A stretch of DNA of 20,000 nucleotides from an uncultured virus (IMG/VR IMGVR_UViG_3300028591_000177). Its lineage: Duplodnaviria > Heunggongvirae > Uroviricota > Caudoviricetes. The position numbers and the translations under genes were made by a program. Where the stretch lies: IMG/VR virus record IMGVR_UViG_3300028591_000177; one strand, given 5' to 3'. Numbering within the stretch: position 1 is the stretch's first letter; every line of letters starts with the position of its first letter. Under the pieces are notes generated by a model. That model searched no databases. It was not told the DNA's origin and saw nothing but the letters and a program-made list of their open reading frames with translations. This document shows, in pieces, positions 16,211-20,000 of this stretch.

Positions 16211-16307
16211 GTTAAAATATAAAAATTTATAAAAACTTCGAAAAAACACTTGACTTTTTACGTATTATGTTGTATAATATTATTGTAAGGAAAAACAATT
16301 ATTCTAA
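16211..16307 (+). promoter_or_regulatory. Conserved sigmaA-type phage promoter, copy 8
   Basis: TTGACT 16250-16255, N17, TATAAT 16273-16278. Confidence 0.9.
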
Positions 16308-16327
16308 TGTATATGGAGGTATTAAAT

Positions 16328-16771
16328 ATGAATGAGAACAATGAGTTTTACGACATCTACGACCAGACAAATGAGTTTATTAACGCCTACGAAGCCGCTT
16401 GTAACATGAGTTGCTTACCTGACCCTTATAAGTTTCCTAAGTATAAAGAGGGTGACGTTATTGACGAGAACCAGAGTGTAAAGTGGAATCGTGAAGAGGT
16501 TGCTAAGCGTAAACAGGCACGTAACGATGAGGTAGCACGTTTAAATACTGTTAAGAATAAGCGAATTACAGAACTTAAAAATATGGCAGTAGATACCATT
16601 GCCCGAGGACTTATAAATGATAAGTTAGTTGCCAATGTTGGACGTGCTTATGAAATCGCTGGTAATATATGGAATCGTGCTTATGACGATGGACACGCAT
16701 ATGGAATACGTGAAGTGGTTATTTATGTCAATAAGTATGTGGAATTTGCAGAGGAGTTACTTAAAAAGTAA
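16328..16771 (+). CDS. Hypothetical protein, paralogue 1 of 3
   Basis: ATG 16328 after GGAGGT; PDPYKFPKYKEGDVIDENQSVKWNREEV. Confidence 0.8.
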   Translation: MNENNEFYDIYDQTNEFINAYEAACNMSCLPDPYKFPKYKEGDVIDENQSVKWNREEVAKRKQARNDEVARLNTVKNKRITELKNMAVDTIARGLINDKLVANVGRAYEIAGNIWNRAYDDGHAYGIREVVIYVNKYVEFAEELLKK

Positions 16772-16784
16772 GGAGGATATATAT

Positions 16785-17243
16785 ATGGCTAAATATTTTA
16801 TAGAATACTTGGAAGACGATTACCCGGAAGATTTTAATAATGCCAGCGAAAAATCGTTTCCAGACCCATCTAAATTTCCTAAGTATAAGAAAAATGATGT
16901 AATAGACGAGGAACAGTCTGTTAGATGGAACCGCGAGGAAATAGCAAGACGTATGCAGGCTTATCAGGACGAAGTTAATCGTCTTGAAGAAATACGAAAA
17001 GAACGTATGCACAAAGTTAATCAAGATGTTATTGATTCAATTGCACTGGAATTTATTAGTCACAAGATAGTACCAGATAAAGAAAAAGCATATAAAAAAG
17101 CAGAGCAACTTTTCATATATGCAAATACTGTAAGAAACGAGGAAAACGAAGACCGTGAATATATGGCAAAGCTAATAAGACGATTAGTAAGATTTGCAGA
17201 ACAGTGGGAAGATTACGAACAGCCGGAGGTGTATAGCGAATGA
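16785..17243 (+). CDS. Hypothetical protein, paralogue 2 of 3
   Basis: ATG 16785 after AAGGAGG; PDPSKFPKYKKNDVIDEEQSVRWNREEI. Confidence 0.8.
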   Translation: MAKYFIEYLEDDYPEDFNNASEKSFPDPSKFPKYKKNDVIDEEQSVRWNREEIARRMQAYQDEVNRLEEIRKERMHKVNQDVIDSIALEFISHKIVPDKEKAYKKAEQLFIYANTVRNEENEDREYMAKLIRRLVRFAEQWEDYEQPEVYSE

Positions 17244-17695
17244 ATATGAACCCTAACTATATGTTTGATTATTTGGACGAAGATTATGTTTACGATTTTA
17301 AAAATGCCAGCAAATATGTCAATCCAGACCCTAAGAAATTTCCTATCTACCACGAGGGTGATATTATAGATGAGGAACAGTCTGTGCGTTGGAACAGAGA
17401 GGAAGTTGCCAGACGTATACAGCTTCGCAAGAATGAAGTAGCACGTCTGGAAGAGATAAGACAGCAGAATATGTCAAAAGTCAATCAGGACGCTATAGAA
17501 TCTATAGCAGTAGAGTTGTTGCGTCGTAGGATTGTTTTGGAAGAAGATGAGGCTGAAAAACGTGCCGAAAAACTATTTATATTTGCTAATAGATTAAGGA
17601 AACAGAATGATGAGGATAGTGAATATCTTGTAAAACAGATAATAAATTTAGTGGATTTTGCAGAAATGTGGGAGGCAAAGGATAATAATGAATAA
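17240..17695 (+). CDS. Hypothetical protein, paralogue 3 of 3
   Basis: ATGA overlap, RBS GGAGGTG; PDPKKFPIYHEGDIIDEEQSVRWNREEV. Confidence 0.8.
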   Translation: MNMNPNYMFDYLDEDYVYDFKNASKYVNPDPKKFPIYHEGDIIDEEQSVRWNREEVARRIQLRKNEVARLEEIRQQNMSKVNQDAIESIAVELLRRRIVLEEDEAEKRAEKLFIFANRLRKQNDEDSEYLVKQIINLVDFAEMWEAKDNNE

Positions 17696-17861
17696 TGAAA
17701 TGAAAGACTTGCTGTTGCGTTTTATAAACCTATATGAACAGGCAGTCGACAAAGAAGCATTTATAAAGATGTGGAAAGAGACATTATTCACACCGGACGA
17801 ACCATTGACACTGCGAGATGCATACGATGCCGTTTATGGAGAGGCCTTGGCACAGCTGTGA
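17688..17861 (+). CDS. Hypothetical protein (57 aa)
   Basis: ATG 17688 overlapping upstream stop; MNNEMKDLLLRFINLYEQ... Confidence 0.65.
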   Translation: MNNEMKDLLLRFINLYEQAVDKEAFIKMWKETLFTPDEPLTLRDAYDAVYGEALAQL

Positions 17862-17947
17862 ACGGAAGAAGATTACTGATGACAACAAATACAAACAAAA
17901 AAAAATATTCGAGATACTTGATATATAAAAATAAATAGTAAATACAT

Positions 17948-18014
17948 AATAACTCATATATTTTAATAAACAATTATTTATATAATATGGTTTATTCAAA
18001 ATATGTGAGTTATT
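17948..18014. repeat. Long AT-rich inverted repeat
   Basis: AATAACTCATATATTTTAATAAAC vs GTTTATTCAAAATATGTGAGTTATT (one G-T, one bulge). Confidence 0.75.
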
Positions 18015-18049
18015 GTTTTATATCATTATTTAGAAAGGTAGTTATATAT

Positions 18050-18514
18050 ATGAATATTTAACAGTTAATCAACCTGGGTATATATGATGATTACGAGAAA
18101 ATTGTAGTTATAGCATCTAATATAGGCGACAGGTATAGAATGGTATACAAAGGTTATTTATGTGAAATTTACGATAAATATAAGAAGCTGACTATTAATA
18201 ATGTCTCTGCGTTATCTAATCGAAATAAGTCCACCTATTATATAAAAAGCACAGACGGTTTTACTGGCATTTATGTAGTAGAAGATATTGATGACATAAA
18301 CGAAATAGATTTAAATGATGAGAAATCAAGGATTGCTGATATAGCAAATAAACTCAGAAGAACTGATTATATGAGATGGGACTATGAGTTATGTAGGGAA
18401 CTTTGTAAACTTGCCGGATTAGAGGACGAGTTTGACGCTGTAGATACCGGAGACATTGATGACGTGCAGTCTGTAGTGTACGATGCAGCAGATATCTTAG
18501 GTGTAGTCGTATAA
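18050..18514 (+). pseudogene. Hypothetical gene with in-frame TAA at codon 4 (or intact gene starting at 18140)
   Basis: RBS AGAAAGGT 18032-18039, ATG AAT ATT TAA, then frame stays open into the 18140-18514 ORF. Confidence 0.55.
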
Positions 18515-18554
18515 TTAAAAAAGTAGGATTTAAGTAGAAGGAAGGGAATTTTTT

Positions 18555-18827
18555 ATGGTTAAAAAATTACATATTAAAGAAGATACTGTCAGTGTTCAGG
18601 ATATGGGTGTAGCTGCTAAACAGAGGGCGGATGAGGCCTTAAAGAATATTGAACAAGGTATCGAAGATTTTGATATGGAAGTTAATACAAAATTAGACAG
18701 GCCTTTATTTTGGAAAAAGTTTAGACAAGAAATGACTAACAATGGTTTAGATTTTGATATTAGAGAGAAAGATACATCGTGGAGCGACCATTATTACTAT
18801 ATGTATCTTTACTATCTTAATAGATGA
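18555..18827 (+). CDS. Hypothetical protein with N-terminal KKLHIKE motif
   Basis: 90 aa, RBS AAGGAAGGGA. Confidence 0.75.
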   Translation: MVKKLHIKEDTVSVQDMGVAAKQRADEALKNIEQGIEDFDMEVNTKLDRPLFWKKFRQEMTNNGLDFDIREKDTSWSDHYYYMYLYYLNR

Positions 18828-18872
18828 TTTAAGTGAATCTACTAAACAGGTATATAAAAGGAGAAATTAACT

Positions 18873-19316
18873 ATGGTAAGAAAATTACATACTACAAGCC
18901 TAAAGGAACCAAGAAAATTTGTTAAAGAGGCAGATGAATTGGTAGTGGACTACAATAATATGGATTATGAAGCAGAACGTAGTCACGATTGGGCATTAAA
19001 GAATAAAGATATTGCCTTTGATAAAGTAGCTAATATATTAGCCAAATCTATATTTGCTACTGATGATGAGGACGACATTGTAACATTTATAGATAATGTT
19101 GTAGATAAGTTACCTGTGATATTGCCTATATATTCTGACATATCTCCTGCTAAATGGACAATCGTATACACTGACGATGGTAGATTTATAGCAACACCTA
19201 GCAACTTAGATGATTGTGTAATTACTGCGGCAGATAATCATTTAGTAAAGGAAGCGGAATCGTTAGAAAAAATGTTAAAGGAATTAACTTTCTGGTATAG
19301 CAAAGAATTCAAATAA
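18873..19316 (+). CDS. Hypothetical protein with N-terminal RKLH...LKE motif
   Basis: 147 aa, RBS AAAGGAG. Confidence 0.75.
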   Translation: MVRKLHTTSLKEPRKFVKEADELVVDYNNMDYEAERSHDWALKNKDIAFDKVANILAKSIFATDDEDDIVTFIDNVVDKLPVILPIYSDISPAKWTIVYTDDGRFIATPSNLDDCVITAADNHLVKEAESLEKMLKELTFWYSKEFK

Positions 19317-19352
19317 GAAAACGTTCTTATGGAAAGGTAAGTGAATATATAT

Positions 19353-20000
19353 ATGACATATTTTAAATTTAAAGGTAAGGATGATTTATGGTTAGGTAAA
19401 TTTGGAAAATCTGAAAGAACCTTAATCCCTAATGAACTTTTAACTAAAAAAGAAATTGATGAAATTAAAAAGGATTGCCCAGGATTAAGTGTTGAAAAAA
19501 CTTTTAAGGAGGTTGAATTATCTCCTAATAAAACATACGTTAATCTTGGTGTTAGATTTGAAAATGATACTGACTATAATTCTAAATTAGAATCAAGAAC
19601 AATAGGTAGAAAATTACATATAAAAGAAAATGTAGTAAGTGATATGTATGGCTTAAAGATTATTAATATCGATGAGGTTAAAAATAATTTACAAGGTTTT
19701 ATGTATAAAATTAATTTAAATACTTGTTCTTTAGTTCCTATTGATAGACCTCGTACATATGCAGCAGCTAAGAGGAGTGACTTTCCTATTCTGGGTATTA
19801 GGGATAAAGGTTATATGTATGTGGGTTGGAATAAACCCAGAAAAACTGGTCCGGTTGTCGCAGGTATTTATGGCCAGGATTATTTTATGTCCACTGGTCA
19901 GGGGGACGATAAGATAAGAGCCAACTTTGATAGTTGTGATAGGTTCTATCAAGTAGTTCCTGACGATATAGAAACCTACGAAACACGATATGACGTTTCT
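19353..20000 (+). CDS. Hypothetical multi-segment protein (partial, runs off window) with internal RKLHIKE motif
   Basis: RBS GAAAGGT, ATG 19353, 216 open codons to window end (MTYFKFKGKDD...TLIPNELLTKKE...GVRFE...RKLHIKENV...); absent from ORF track. Confidence 0.8.
   Translation, partial: MTYFKFKGKDDLWLGKFGKSERTLIPNELLTKKEIDEIKKDCPGLSVEKTFKEVELSPNKTYVNLGVRFENDTDYNSKLESRTIGRKLHIKENVVSDMYGLKIINIDEVKNNLQGFMYKINLNTCSLVPIDRPRTYAAAKRSDFPILGIRDKGYMYVGWNKPRKTGPVVAGIYGQDYFMSTGQGDDKIRANFDSCDRFYQVVPDDIETYETRYDVS

Noticed and set aside
150..16307. Promoter repeats as a CRISPR array or integron attC sites (GTTAAA(T/A) resembles GTTRRRY)
   Set aside because: Spacing is kilobase-scale and irregular, I saw no matching inverse core or attC fold, and no integrase or cas gene is in the window.
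6076..16784. Longer ORF-track starts at 6076, 9804, 10390, 11384, 12716, 16307 and 16629
   Set aside because: They run through promoters, terminators or upstream genes; downstream starts with clear RBSs were used instead.
16328..17695. Paralogue repeats as DGR template/variable repeats
   Set aside because: Differences are not adenine-specific, all copies are coding, and there is no reverse transcriptase in the window.
248..19952. Minus-strand ORFs in the track (e.g. 423-965, 5417-5842, 8968-9384, 11971-12552, 19731-19952)
   Set aside because: They shadow well-supported + strand genes or promoter regions and show no recognisable protein motifs.
1..20000. Active stop-codon recoding (code 15 or 4)
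   Set aside because: Genes are full length under code 11 with no in-frame TAG or TGA breaks; only the absence of TAG stops is reported.
1..20000. tRNA or rRNA genes
   Set aside because: No cloverleaf or T-loop GTTCGA context found in intergenic regions by eye.

Overview
AT-rich window in which all credible genes lie on the + strand. It looks like part of a large tailed phage genome with a probable Firmicutes/Clostridia host (sigmaA-type promoters, GGAGG RBSs, r1t-type holin plus Amidase_2 endolysin). Recognisable genes: DUF2786 protein, SLT lytic transglycosylase, YopX-like protein, hpt, rnhA, tail-like structural proteins, SH3b-like protein, holin and endolysin. The window is built from modules of intrinsic terminator + conserved strong promoter (TTGACT-N17-TATAAT, 8 copies) + small unknown genes, interleaved with structural/lysis genes that lack this promoter. 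Best leads: (1) a 55-aa ORF missed by the ORF track (6493-6660) that resembles ArfA/BrfA ribosome rescue factors, in a window where none of the 39 stop codons is TAG; (2) four unrelated proteins sharing a KLH(I/L)KE-type motif that suggests a capsid-targeting/prohead-protease signal; (3) the terminator-promoter cassette architecture; (4) three tandem paralogues with a conserved IDExQSV(K/R)WNREE motif; (5) two promoter-then-terminator units that could make ~40-nt RNAs. Family assignments come from motif recognition by eye, not database searches.
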